Positions 1-12,651 of a stretch of 64,000 nt of DNA are shown here, piece by piece (position 1 is the first letter of the stretch; every line of letters starts with the position of its first letter). Source of the DNA: Balanoglossus misakiensis (taxonomy: Eukaryota > Animalia > Hemichordata); contig CM082579.2 in assembly GCA_040954595.2 (NCBI GenBank), positions 16,034,550 to 16,098,549 of the forward strand, written 5' to 3'. The position numbers were made by a program, and so were the translations under genes. The notes under the pieces are model-generated. The model did not search any database. It was not told the DNA's origin and saw only the letters and a program-made list of their open reading frames with translations.

Positions 1-3000
1 GATGAAGCCCCGGCACTCTAGAGCAGAAACAGGCGTACAGTGACCACGTTGATCAAGTCAGATTTCCTACGGCGTGACTCGGCTGGTGCACCGGCTCTAT
101 ATGACACAGACTGGCGTAAGTTATCAACGGTGATTACGTCGGATTTCCTACGGCCTGGTTTAGCTGAAGCCCCGGCACTTTAGAGCGGAAACACGCGTAC
201 ATTGACCACGATGATCAAGTCAGATCTCCTACGGCCTGGCTCGACTAAAACCCCGGCACACCATGACAGACACTAGCGTTCGTTAGCAACGGTGATCAAG
301 TCGGATTTCCTTCGGCCTGGCTCTGCAAAAGACCCGACACATTAGTACAAAGACGTTGGCTAAGTCGGGCAAACCGAAGAGGGAAAGTCACAGCGGGTCA
401 ACACTCGACATTTGGTCGGGTAGGACTGCATTATTGCCTGTCAATTTATAGAGAAAGCCCGAATTTAACCAGGGCGTTTCAAACACCGACGTTAGTTGGG
501 GGCACGGCCTGCAGTACTGCCGGGTAAGCTGACATCGGCGTACCGCATATAATGTAGGGGGGGGGGGACAGAACGGTTCATTACTACATTTATTAAATAT
601 CAGCTAATTTTGGACAATCATCTAAAATCTAAATCATTTTTTCATATTTGGATATCTGATGATGTATGAAATTTCCATTATATGTAAAAATGGTGCTGAT
701 TATAAAAAATGCACTCTGAATGAGCTGATTTAATACAAGATTGCGTTTTATTCGTTTTTGCACCAAAAAGGTCATTTTTAGGCAAAACATTCTTTATTTT
801 TTTAATTCGGTGACCTGATCATATATAAACAATTGCTTGTATGTTGAAAATTTTTATGACTTTTAAAAGCAGTGACACTGGCGGCATTCAACACGAAAAT
901 AACAATTTTAGCCACAATTTGGTCAAAATGGTAAATTTTTGAAAATTACAAAAAATACATGTTTTCTACATTTTCGGAAATCTGATGGAGTATAGAATGC
1001 TCTTCGTATGTATATATCGATACAAATTCCACAAAAGACCGTCTAATTTGGCTCACTGCAGACAAAATTGCGTTTTACCAAATTTTCCTTGAAAATGTCA
1101 TTTTTAGAAAAAAAATAAGAATAAATTCTTTTCTTAGTTTCAAACGGGTAGAGATACTTTCCACACGGGTTTTCTAACATTGAATTCCCGTTCATCAACT
1201 CAGATTTCCTACAGCATAAGTCGGCTAAAACCCTGAGACTTTAGAGCAGAAACAGTTGCACACTGGTAACGTTGAACAAGTCGATTTTTCTACGGCCTGG
1301 CTCGGCTAAATCTCCGTCACAATATGACAGACACTATCGTACGTTAGCAACGGTGATCAAGTCAGATTTTCTACGGCATGGCTTGGATAAAGCCCCGGCA
1401 CTCTAGAGCAGAAACACGCGTACAGAGACCACGTTGATCTACTCACATTTCCTTCGGCCTGGCACGGCTGATGCCCCGGCACTATATATAGGACACAGAC
1501 TGGCGTAAGTTAACAACGGTAATCACGTCGGGTTTCCTACGGCCTGGCTCAGCTGAAGCCCCGGCACTCTAGAGCAGAAACAGGCGTACATTGACCACGT
1601 TGATCAAGTCAGATTTCCTACGGCGTGACTCGGCTGGTGCACCGGCTCTATATGACACAGACTGGCGTAAGTTATCAACGGTGATTACGTCGGATTTCCT
1701 ACGGCCTGTTTTAGCTGAAGCCCCGGCACTTTAGAGCGGAAACACGCGTACATTGACCACGATGATCAAGTCAGATCTCCTACGGCCTGGCTCGACTAAA
1801 ACCCCGGCACACCATGACAGACACTAGCGTTCGTTAGCAACGGTGATCAAGTCGGATTTCCTTCGGCCTGGCTCTGCAAAAGACCCGACACTCTAGTACA
1901 AAGACGTTGGCTAAGTCGGGCAAACCGAAGAGGGAAAGTCACAGCGGGTCAACACTCGACATTTGGTCGGGTAGGACTGCATTATTGCCTGTCAATTTAT
2001 AGAGAAAGCCCGAATTTAACCAGGGCGTTCCAAACACCGACGTTAGTTGGGGGCACGGCATGCAGTACTGCCGGGTAAGCTGACATCGGCGTACCGCATA
2101 TAATGTAAGGGGGGGGGGGACAGAACGGTTCAATACTACATTTATTAGATATCAGTTAATTTTGGACAATCATCTAAAATCTAAATCATTTTTTCATATT
2201 TGGATATTTGATGATGTATGAAATTTCCATTATATGTAAAAATGGTGCTTATTATAAAACATGCACTCTGAATGAACTGATTTAATACAAGATTGCGTTT
2301 TATTCGTTTTTGCACCAAAAAGGTCATTTTTAGGCAAAACATTCTTTATTTTTTTTAATTCGGTGACCTGATCATATACAAACAATTGCTTGTATGTTAA
2401 AAGTTTTTATGACTTTTAAAAGCAGTGACACTGGCGGCATTCAACACGAAAATAACAATTTTAACCACAATTTGGTCAAAATGGTAAATTTTTGAAAATT
2501 ACAAAAAATACCTGTTTTCTACATTTTCGGAAATCTGATGGAGTATAGAATCCTCTTCGTATATATATATCGATACAAATTCCACAAAAAACGGCCAATT
2601 TGGCTCACCGCAGACAATTTTTTTTAATTCGGTGACCTGATCATATATAAACAATTGCTTGTATGTTAAAAGTTTTTATGACTTTTAAAAGCAGTGACAC
2701 TGGCGGCATTCAACACGAAAATAACAATTTTAGCCACAATTTGGTCAAAATGGTAAATTTTTGAAAATTACAAAAAATACCTGTTTTCTACATTTTCGGA
2801 AATCTGATGGAGTATAGAATGCTCTTCGTATGTATATATCGATACAAATTCCACAAAATACAGTCTAATTTGGCTCACTGCAGACAAAATTGCGTTTTAC
2901 CAAATTTTCCTTGAAAATGTCATTTTTAGAAAAAAATAAAAAACCTTTGTTCTTCGAATTTGGTGCCCTGATCATATATGACATGTTGATTGTATGTTAA

Positions 3001-6000
3001 AACTTTCGACCTCTCCAAAAATGCAGAGATATTGACGGAATTCAAGAAAAAATAGCCATTTTGGCCATATTTTGACAAAAATGGTAATTTTTTAAAAAAT
3101 CATAAAAAATTAACTCTTTTCTTCATTTTCGGAAATATTATGGAGCATGAAGTGTCGTTCTCTTGTAAAAAGTGTTGCAAATTCCAGAAAAGGTGGTATA
3201 ATTTGAATCACCCAAGACAAAATTACCATTTTCGACTTTTTTTCGAAAAATTGTCTTTTTTACAAAATAAATAAGAATAAATTCTTTTCTTAGTTTCAAA
3301 CGGGTAGAGATACTTTCCACACGGGTTTTATAACATTGAATTCCCGTTCATCAACTCAGATTTCCTACAGCATAAGTCGGCTAAAACCTAGACACTTTAG
3401 AGCGGAAACACGCGTACATTGACCACGATGATCAAGTCAGATCTCCTACGGCCTGGCTCGACTAAAACCCCGGCACACTATGACAGACACTAGCGTTCGT
3501 TAGCAACGTTGATCAAGTCAGATTTCCTACGGCATGGCTTGGCTAAAGCCCTGGCACTCTAGAGCAGAAACAAGCGTACAGAGACCACGTTGATCTACTC
3601 ACATTTCCTTTGGCCTGGCACGGCTGATGCCCCGGCACTATATATAGGACACAGACTGGCGTAAGTTAACAACGGTAATCACGTCGGGTTTCCTACGGCC
3701 TGGCTCAGCTGAAGCCCCGGCACTCTAGAGCAGAAACAGGCGTACATTGACCACGTTGATCAAGTCAGATTTCCTACGGCGTGACTCGGCTGGTGCACCG
3801 GCTCTATATGACACAGACAGGCGTAAGTTATCAACGGTGATTACGTCGGATTTCCTACGGCCTGGTTTTGCTGAAGCCCCGGCACTTTAGAGCGGAAACA
3901 CGCGTACATTGACCACGATGATCAAGTCAGATCTCCTACGGCCTGGCTCGACTAAAACCCCGGCACACCATGACAGACACTAGCGTTCGTTAGCAACGGT
4001 GATCAAGTCGGATTTCCTTCGGCCTGGCTCTGCAAAAGACCCGACACTCTAGTACAAAGACGTTGGCTAAGTCGGGCAAACCGAAGAGGGAAAGTCACAG
4101 CGGGTCAACACTCGACATTTGTTCGGGTAGGACTGCATTATTGCCTGTCAATTTATAGAGGAAGCCCGAATTTAACCAGGGCGTTTCCAACACCGATGTT
4201 AGTTGGGGGCACGGCCTGCAGTACTGCCGGGTAAGCTGACATCGGCGTACCGCATATAATGTAAGGGGGGGGGGGGGGAACGGAACGGTTCAATACTACA
4301 TTTATTAGATATCAGCTAATTTTGGACAATCATCTAAAATCTAAATCATTTTTTCATATTTGGATATCTGATGATGTAGGAAATTTCCATTATATGTAAA
4401 AATGGTGCTGATTATAAAAAATGCACTCTGAATGAGCTGATTTAATACAAAATTGCGTTTTTGCACCAAAAAGGTCATTTTTAGGCAAAACATTCTTTTT
4501 TTTTTTTAATTCGGTGACCTGATCATATATAAACAATTGCTTGTATGTTAAACGTTTTTATGACTTTTAAAAGCAGTGACACTGGCGGCATTCAACACGA
4601 AAATAACAATTTTAGCCACAATTTGGTCAAAATGGTAAATTTTTGAAAATTACAAAAAAGACCTGTTTTCTACATTTTCGGAAATCTGATGGAGTATAGA
4701 ATGCTCTTCGTATGTATATATCGATACAAATTCCACAAAAGACCGTCTAATTTGGCTCACTGCAGACAAAATTGCTTTTTACCAAATTTTCCTTGAAAAT
4801 GTCATTTTTAGAAAAAAAACTAAAAAAACCTTTGTTCTTCGAATTTGGTGCCCTGATCATATATGACATGTTGATTGTATGTTAAAACTTTCGACCACTC
4901 CAAAAATGCAGAGATATTGACGGAATTCAAGAAAAATAGCCATTTTGGCCATATTTTGACAAAAATGGTAAATTTTTAAAAAATCATAAAAAATTAACTC
5001 TTTTCTTCATTTTCGGAAATATTATGGAGCATGAAGTGTCGTTCTCTTGTAAAAAGTGCTGCAAATTCCAGAAAAGGCGGTATAATTTGAATCACCCAAG
5101 ACAAAATTACCATTTTCGACTTTTTTTCGAAAAATTGTCTTTTTTACAAAATAAATAAGAATAAATTCTTTTCTTAGTTTCAAACGGGTAGAGATACTTT
5201 CCACACGGGTTTCCTAACATTGACTTCCCGTTCATCAACTCAGATTTCCTACAGCATAAGTCGGCTAAAACCCTGACACTCTAGAGCAGAAACAGTTGCA
5301 CACTGGAAACGTTGAACAAGTCGATTTTTCTACGGCCTGGCTCGGCTAAATCTCCGTCACAATATGACAGACACTAGCGTACGTTAGCAACGGTGATCAA
5401 GTCAGATTTTCTACGGCATGGCTTGGATAAAGCCCCGGCACTCTAGAGCAGAAACACGCGTACAGAGACCACGTTGATCAAGTCTGATCTCCTACGGCTT
5501 GGCTCGACTAAAACCCCGGCACACTATGACAGACACTAGCGTTCGTTAGCAACGTTGATCAAGTCAGATTTCCTACGGAATGGCCTGGCTAAAGCCCTGG
5601 CACTCTAGAGCAGAAACACGCGTACAAAAACCACGTTGATCTACTCACATTTCCTTCGGCCTGGCACGGCTGATGCCCAGGCACTATATATAGGACACAG
5701 ACTGGCGTAAGTTAACAACGGTAATCACGTCGGGTTTCCTACGGCCTGGCTCAGCTGAAGCCCCGGCGCTCTAGAGCAGAAACAGGCGTACATTGACCAC
5801 GTTGATCAAGTCAGATTTCCTACGGCGTGACTCGGCTGGTGCACCGGCTCTATATGACACAGACTGGCGTAAGTTATCAACGGTGATTACGTCGGATTTC
5901 CTTCGACCTGGTTTAGCTGAAGCCCCGGCACTTTAGAGCGGAAACACGCGTACATTGACCACGATGATCAAGTCAGATCTCCTACGGCCTGGCTCGACTA

Positions 6001-7915
6001 AAACCCCGGCACACCATGACAGACACTAGCGTTCGTTAGCAACCGTGATCAAGTCGGATTTCCTTCGGCCTGGCTCTGCAAAAGACCCGACACTCTAGTA
6101 CAAAGACGTTGGCTAAGTCGGGCAAACCGAACAGGGAAAGTCACAGCGGGTCAACACTCGACATTTGTTCCGGTAGGACTGCATTATTGCCTGTCAATTT
6201 ATAGAGAAAGCCCGAATTTAACCAGGGCGTTTCAAACACCGACGTTAGTTGGGGGCACGGCCTGCAGTACTGCCGGGTAAGCTGACATCAGCGTACCGCA
6301 TATAATGTAGGGGGGGGGGGACAGAACGGTTAAATACTACATTTATCAGATATCAGCTAATTTTGGACAATCATCTAAAATGTAAATCATCTTTTCATAT
6401 TTGGATATCTGATGATGTATGACATTTCCATTATATGTAAAAATGGTGCTGATTATAAAAATGCACTCTGAATGAGCTGATTTAATGCAAAATTGCGTTT
6501 TATTCGTTTTTGCACCAAAAAGGTCATTTTTAGGCAAAACATTCTTTATTTTTTTAATTCGGTGACCTGATCATATATAAACAATTGCTTGTATGTTAAA
6601 AGTTTTTATGACTTTTAAAAGCAGTGACACTGGCGGCATTCAACACGAAAATAACAATTTTAGCCACAATTTGGTCAAAATGGTAAATTTTTGAAAATTA
6701 CAAAAAAATACCTGTTTTCTACATTTTCGGAAATCTGATGGAGTATAGAATGCTCTTCGTATGTATATATCGATACAAATTCCACAAAAGACCGTCTAAT
6801 TTGGCTCACTGCAGACAAAATTGCGTTTTACAAAATTTTCCTTGAAAATGTCATTTTTAGAAGAAAAAAAATAAAAAAACCTTTTATCTTCGAATTTGGT
6901 GCCCTGATCATATATGACATGTTGATTGTATGTTAAAACTTTCGACCACTCCAAAAATGCAGAGATATTGACGGAATTCAAGAAATAATAGCCATTTTGG
7001 CCATATTTTGACAAAAATGGTAAATTTTTAAAAAAATCATAAAAAATTAACTCTTTTCTTCATTTTCGGAAATATTATGGAGCATGAAGTGTCGTTCTCT
7101 TGTAAAAAGTGCTGCAAATTCCAGAAAAGGCGGTATAATATGAATCACCCAAGACAAAATTACCATTTTCGAATTTTTTTCGAAAAATTGTCTTTTTTAC
7201 AAAATAAATAAGAATAAATTCTTTTCTTAGTTTCAAACGGGTAGAGATACATTCCACAAGGGTTTTCTAACATTGAATTCCCGTGCATCAACTCAGATTT
7301 CCTACAGCATAAGTCGGCTAAAACCCTGAGACTTTAGAGCAGAAACAGTTGCACACTGGTAACGTTGAACAAGTCGATTTTTCTACGGCCTGGCTCGGCT
7401 AAATCTCCGTCACAATATGACAGACACTATCGTACGTTAGCAACGGTGATCAAGTCAGATTTTCTACGGCATGGCTTGGATAAAGCCCCGGCACTCTAGA
7501 GCAGAAACACGCGTACAGAGACCACGTTGATCTACTCACATTTCCTTCGGCCTGACACGGCTGATGCCCCGGCACTATATATAGGACACAGACTGGCGTA
7601 AGTTAACAACGGTAATCACGTCGGGTTTCCTACGGCCTGGCTCAGCTGAAGCCCCGGCGCTCTAGAGCAGAAACAGGCGTACATTGACCACGTTGATCAA
7701 GTCAGATTTCCTACGGCGTGACTCGGCTGGTGCACCGGCTCTATATGACACAGACTGGCGTAAGTTATCAACGATGATTACGTCGGATTTCCTACGGCCT
7801 GGTTTAGCTGAAGCCCCGGCACTTTAGAGCGGAAACACGCGTACATTGACCACGATGATCAAGTCAGATCTCCTACGGCCTGGCTCGACTAAAACCCCGG
7901 CACACCATGACAGAC
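1..7915. repeat. Composite macrosatellite array, left part (units ~1.55-2.15 kb)
   Basis: Poly-G landmark (ataatgta-Gn-acagaacgg) recurs at ~556, 2108, 4265 and 6310. The GC-rich block has an 81-bp period (cct[a/t]cgg at 1536, 1617, 1698, 1779, 1860). The AT-rich block has ~330-bp internal repeats (ggtg[a/c]cctgatcatat at 4513 and 4847). Confidence 0.97.
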
Positions 7916-8140
7916 TATGGAAAGCCGTTGGGGACCCCCGACAACTTCTCTCAATACATGGGTAAAGTCCATAGACAAATGATAGGAACGCATATGCTGA
8001 AAATATGACGCACATTGGGTGCCGACGCCGTAATCTAAAATGCCGGTAACAACCAAATTTTTGCCGACACCTTTACTCAATCTACCGGCGCCGACAAAAT
8101 CACAACCGGTGATTTGATGAGTTCTCGCATCGGCGTTTCT
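7916..8140 (+). repeat. Left TIR, duplicated copy (225 bp)
   Basis: Reverse complement of 41081-41305. Confidence 0.93.
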
Positions 8141-8476
8141 ACAGAGTTGTCGCATCGGCGTTTCAGCTAGAGTTTTCTCGCACCGGCATTCTACACATGC
8201 GCATTGGCGTTTCAGCTAAAGAGTTTTCTCGCATCGGCGTTTCTGGAGAGTTTTGTCGCACCGGCATTCTACACATGCGCATTGGCGTTTCAGCTAAAGA
8301 GTTTTCTCGCATCGGCGTTTCTGGAGAGTTTTGTCGCGCCGGCATTCTACACATGCGCATTGGCGTTTCAGCTAAAGAGTTTTCTCGCATCGGCGTTTCT
8401 GGAGAGTTTTGTCGCGCCGGCATTCTACACATGCGCATTGGCGTTTCAGCTAAAGAGTTTTCTCGCATCGGCGTTT
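8120..8476. repeat. Subterminal array (78-bp period built from ~26-bp modules), duplicated copy
   Basis: The unit gagttttctcgcatcggcgtttctggagagttttgtcgc[a/g]ccggcattctacacatgcgcattggcgtttcagctaaa is repeated about 4 times. Confidence 0.92.
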
Positions 8477-9852
8477 TCTCTGATTTTCTGAGCATGCGCA
8501 GTCACCACTGCAAACAGAACTTGTGGAGCGAAGTTGTAGTGAAGGTAAGAACAGTTATGTTCGTTTGCTAGTCTTTTCCGCTAGTTTCCTGCGAATCCAC
8601 TGTCTCGTCTGTGTTATCTTTTTTAATTTACTGTTTCCTAAACTCTTTTCGTGAACAAATTCTCTGGTTAGTTTACGTATTTCAGCCGATCATCCACAGA
8701 GAAAGTTCTCAACTTGAAATGATTGCTATTGATATGCTAATATGGCGCTCGCACGAAGTTAACTGAATGTCCATTTTGGGTGAGGGTCAGAGTTCGCTGG
8801 CTGGCTGTGTGGAAATCTAACTGGTACTCCTTGGAAAAGTGGCTGCAATTTGTAAACGGACAAGAAATTTTGTTCAGGAATTTAGTTTGGGAACAGAAAA
8901 TAGTCAGTTCAGGGAGGTATAGGTCATTTTTTACTGTTCAAATGTTAACCCAAGTTGGGTTCCTGTTGGGAGTCCATAGCTGTTTGTTTTATGAGCCTAC
9001 AGATAGTGAAACTGATAGTGACACAGCTGAAAAAACATGGGTTGATTACATTATTGGTTGGTTTCTATGGACACCTGCATTTCAATTAGATGTGGTGTTC
9101 TTGTTTTCATGTATAATGTTTGCACCTAAAGTGGTAAATTTAGGAACAAGTCTGCAGACCTTTTTCAGCAACAGTCAAAACGCAACTGTGTCATAATAAT
9201 GCACTGGAATATGTTGAAAAGCTGAAAAAAAGAGAGTTCAACATAATTTAGAAAAGAACAAAAAGAAATGTAACAGATGATATACACTGTCATGGAATCT
9301 CCATGAATTTGATTGAACTCTTTATTTGAACTTTGACTTTTCTTTCTAATGACATTCATGTAAATTTACATGATTTATTCCGATTTACCAACCAATTTAT
9401 AAACTGTAATTTTACATTTTTTCACTATAATGCCCCAATTTCGACTATGATATTTCACATTTGAATAAGGTATGATAAAATAAACAACTTTTGACAGTTA
9501 AGTTTACTACAGAAATTAAAAGAAACTTCATCAAGAAGTCGCCAGATTTCATAACCGTTCATAGATTTCTGTCTGGGACAAATATAACCCAATTTGTTTC
9601 CATGTTTATTTGTTTTTCTAGTTTTGATGCAATAAGCCTGTTGTATATGTAATACTTGTCTGTGCAATTTTTGAGAACAATTAGAATTTCCTACCAAAAT
9701 GGTAATAAACTGATAAAATGAACAATCTAACAATTCAGATATTTTCCAATATAATTAGGATACAGTTAGGCCCTGAGCTATTCAGTTTGTGTCGATATAC
9801 AACTAAACTGATACAATACTGGTGTTATACCTTTGTTACACTTGCAGACATC

Positions 9853-11139
9853 ATGTTACTGGCCCAAAAATTGCAAACTTCATATAGAAACCAAGACACT
9901 GTAGCAAATGATGTCATCCTTCGCTTCAGAGATGGTCAGACGAGAAGGGCCCATTCATTGGTGTTGTGTCTTTTTTCGGATGTGTTTGCCGCCCGTTTGC
10001 ATTCGGAATGGGCCAACGACAAAACCATTGATTGTTCTGACTTTGATCCCTTACTCATGCAAAATGTCATTGATGATTTTTATTTTGAAAAGTTAAATAT
10101 TACAAGTGAAAATGTTGAAGATTATGTGGAGATATGTAACTTTTACATGATAAATTCTTTAAAAGAGAAATGTGAATCATTTTTAATTTCCAACATTGTA
10201 ACTTCCCGCAGTATTAGAGACCTTGTATTTTGTCAGAAATACCAGTTAGATAGTACTTTTGAACACTGTCTGTCAATAATTGATCAGAATGGTGTTAAAC
10301 TGTTTAATTCTGAGCAAGTTTTGGAAGATTTTCTTCAACTTCCTGAAAGCATAGTTGTAAAAATAATTCAGCGTCAGACGCTTTCGGTAAAGGAAGACAC
10401 ACTTTTGAATGCATTGTTTTTATGGGTGGAAAGGAAACTTCAGGGTGTCAATGGCAATGATATGGATGCCCCCTTTTGTTTTGAGCCATTTCTTCCCCAC
10501 ATCCGTTTCTTGTCGTTAAGTGAAGAAAGTATTCATCGACTAATTTCTGAACAAATTTTGTGTTATGAAGATGTCTTCCAGATATTAAAAGCAGTTCGAC
10601 ATCCTGGATGCAATTTTCCTGTTCCTGGTTATGTGGATGTAATCACAAGAAATGTGGTTCTAAATAATGCCATTGTGGCGCGGCGTTTCATCAATGAAAA
10701 AAATCCAAACACATGGAAAGGAAACCAATTTGAGGGTGACAGGATTTCCTTTTCAATGGATGTTCCTGTCTCACTGCTAGGTGTTTATGTGTTTGGAAAT
10801 ACGGATGAAAGTGTCCATGCTCATGTCACAATATTAAATCATCAACAAGCTGTTGTGTACAATACAGAAGCCTCAAACACTTCCCCCCAGATTACCTTTC
10901 CTGTTGTCTTCAGTAAGCTGATTAAAATCCAACCCAATGTAGATTATTCAGTTGTCTGTCAAATCAGAGGAAATAAAGAAACATCATTCGGGTCATGTGG
11001 GATCTCTCGCCGAAGAATCACAACATTAAAAAGTACTGATTTCTGGGTGACATTTAAAAATTTCAGTATGCAAGGTCTGAGCAATGGCACAGATGTCAGT
11101 CAGGGGCAAATCTCATCACTAATATTCTTTGATATATAA
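9853..11139 (+). CDS. BTB/POZ-BACK-PHR domain protein (BTBD1/2/3/6-like), intronless CDS, copy 1
   Basis: BTB motif DVILRF...RAHSLVLCLFSDVF, BACK motif EDTLLNALFLW...LPHIRF, and PHR motif DRISFS...GVYVFG...NGTDVSQGQISSLIF. The likely start is ATG 9853, just after the acceptor ttgcag (9847), giving 428 aa. AATAAA overlaps the stop codon. Confidence 0.88.
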   Translation: MLLAQKLQTSYRNQDTVANDVILRFRDGQTRRAHSLVLCLFSDVFAARLHSEWANDKTIDCSDFDPLLMQNVIDDFYFEKLNITSENVEDYVEICNFYMINSLKEKCESFLISNIVTSRSIRDLVFCQKYQLDSTFEHCLSIIDQNGVKLFNSEQVLEDFLQLPESIVVKIIQRQTLSVKEDTLLNALFLWVERKLQGVNGNDMDAPFCFEPFLPHIRFLSLSEESIHRLISEQILCYEDVFQILKAVRHPGCNFPVPGYVDVITRNVVLNNAIVARRFINEKNPNTWKGNQFEGDRISFSMDVPVSLLGVYVFGNTDESVHAHVTILNHQQAVVYNTEASNTSPQITFPVVFSKLIKIQPNVDYSVVCQIRGNKETSFGSCGISRRRITTLKSTDFWVTFKNFSMQGLSNGTDVSQGQISSLIFFDI

Positions 11140-11250
11140 ATAAAGGTGTTGTTTGGCAGGACATGGTGTATTGGTTTCTGGCACCCATCTTGACTGAAAG
11201 AATTTTGATGAAATCAATTTGTAATTCTTGAGGGATGATATGTGTTTTAC

Positions 11251-11640
11251 CAGGTCCCATTTGGTATATGCATATATACCATTGGAACCTTATGGGATTG
11301 GTTGCGTCTGTAATAGTATTTATCAGAAATTTCATTTGAGGGTGTGCATCAGATGTAGTTTCCTTGATTTTGTTTTTCAAATCAAGGGGAAGAAATCAAT
11401 TGTATATTTTTGGGATGATTTAGGACATTCTTGGTCAACAAATATTTCTCAAAAGCCTCTACCCTGATTGCTTTGAAATTTGCAGACCCTTTAATGAAAG
11501 TGTAGATTTCGTATTCTTGTGGCTGTTTTTTCCATTTTTGGCACAAAAATCAATTTCTCTGAAACGGGTTGTCCATCCAATTGCTTTGCAATTTACTAAA
11601 TGTAGTTTCCTTTGGGGATTGTTATTATGATATATCAAAA
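11251..11640 (+). mobile_element. Degenerate HINE/DINE-1-like non-autonomous repeat (second copy from 18721); 3' end approximate
   Basis: Opens with the hairpin aggtccca..tggtatatgcatatatacca..tggaacct followed by tatgggat. It is homologous to the repeat starting at ~22249. Confidence 0.4.
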
Positions 11641-12651
11641 TTATAGTGAAAATGAAAATCTTGTATTTTTGTATTATGTTTTCTAGGTTTCCATGTATTA
11701 GTTGATATCAGAAAGTTTTCAATTGATTTCTGTAAAATTTGAGTTGTGAGTCAACGGGATGTGCTCCTTTATAATTATAATGGGATCAAATCAAAGTAAA
11801 ATTTGAATTGTTGTATTTTATGACATTTTGTCTTATACATTTACCACAATTTTTTTTATCTCAAGCAGAAAAATATCCTGAACATTGTTCTTTGCAAGTT
11901 AGATGAAATCCCCTAATGAGTTTTTTTACACAGAAAATGTCTACATGTTTATATAACTTAGCCCATCTGTCAAGAGACAGTTCTATTTGCTGTTCTATTT
12001 GGTGTGTGCACAGTACACATGCCATTGGCAGCTCACGAGTCAGTCAATGGCCAGTCAGTGTTTGCCTGTTGATCTGTGTGTGTGTATTCTGGTGAAAACC
12101 TTTCCTTCCGTAATCCTTAAACGGGACCACACTGTCCTTGACGGTATTTTTCTCTTTGATTTTGAAATTGTCATGATAATTCCAGGCCCTTACACTATAG
12201 GCACTTTGCAAATGTTAGCAGCTGAGTTATCGAACCCTATCAAAATACCTAAACTGTTTCTTTTGCTACTTACAACATATGTCTGTGACAAATACTGCTT
12301 CATCATTTTATTATATAAATGCTCAATTGCAACACTGATTTGAGAGAAATGTATCTTGGCTTATTTTATAGTTCTGTAAATAATTTCCAAGTACATGTAG
12401 TACTGTTGACAAAATTTGATTAACTACTGCTTTATACTGTCATGGGCACCAACTCCGTCAATTATATGTGATTGAACTGCCAGTATGAACTCTCATAAAC
12501 CGCCACATTTCCACTCCACTATGACCAATTGATCTGAGTGAAACGGCGTCGCAATGAAATTTGGACTGTCATAAGCCACATATCACATGTAAGCAATATG
12601 GATGATTTCAATGCTTCTTTATGCTTTGTATTGTGTAAAGCTCTGTTGTGT

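Larger units (their letters stand above)
5184..12651 (+). repeat. Tandem segmental duplication, copy 1 (satellite + left transposon end + BTB gene)
   Basis: The ORF track repeats with a 7470 offset. The junction at 12651/12652 (ctgttgtgt|acgggtagag) jumps back to the sequence at 5184. Confidence 0.95.
7916..12651. mobile_element. Duplicated, truncated left arm of the IS3EU-like transposon
   Basis: Starts TATGGAAAGCCG directly after ACAGAC (7910-7915), matches 15386-20121, and ends at the duplication junction. Confidence 0.9.

Noticed and set aside
540-590. Poly-G tract and adjacent TAGTA as a transposon terminus or G-quadruplex element in each satellite unit
   Set aside because: No matching inverted end or TSD was found, and the variable homopolymer length is consistent with simple slippage.
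1200-1900. Regularly spaced 81-bp repeats resembling a CRISPR array
   Set aside because: The intervening sequences are homologous to each other rather than unique spacers, there are no cas genes, and the context is eukaryotic with spliced genes.
3138-3320. Recurrent 60-85 aa ORFs in the satellite (MESISTRLK..., MSKYGQNG..., MPKNDLF...)
   Set aside because: They recur only because the DNA repeats, are frameshifted between units, and show no recognisable domain.
8163-8571. Repetitive ORFs on both strands (also at 15633-16041 and 40745-41046)
   Set aside because: By-products of the 78-bp subterminal repeat, whose length is a multiple of 3.
8780-9733. Short ORFs flanking the BTB gene (138, 64 and 92 aa; also 11987-12343)
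   Set aside because: No motifs, some with non-ATG starts, and AT-rich intron-like composition.
9718-9852. 45-aa N-terminal extension of the BTB ORF (also 17188-17322)
   Set aside because: Probably intronic, because a splice acceptor (ttgcag) lies just before the ATG at 9853/17323.
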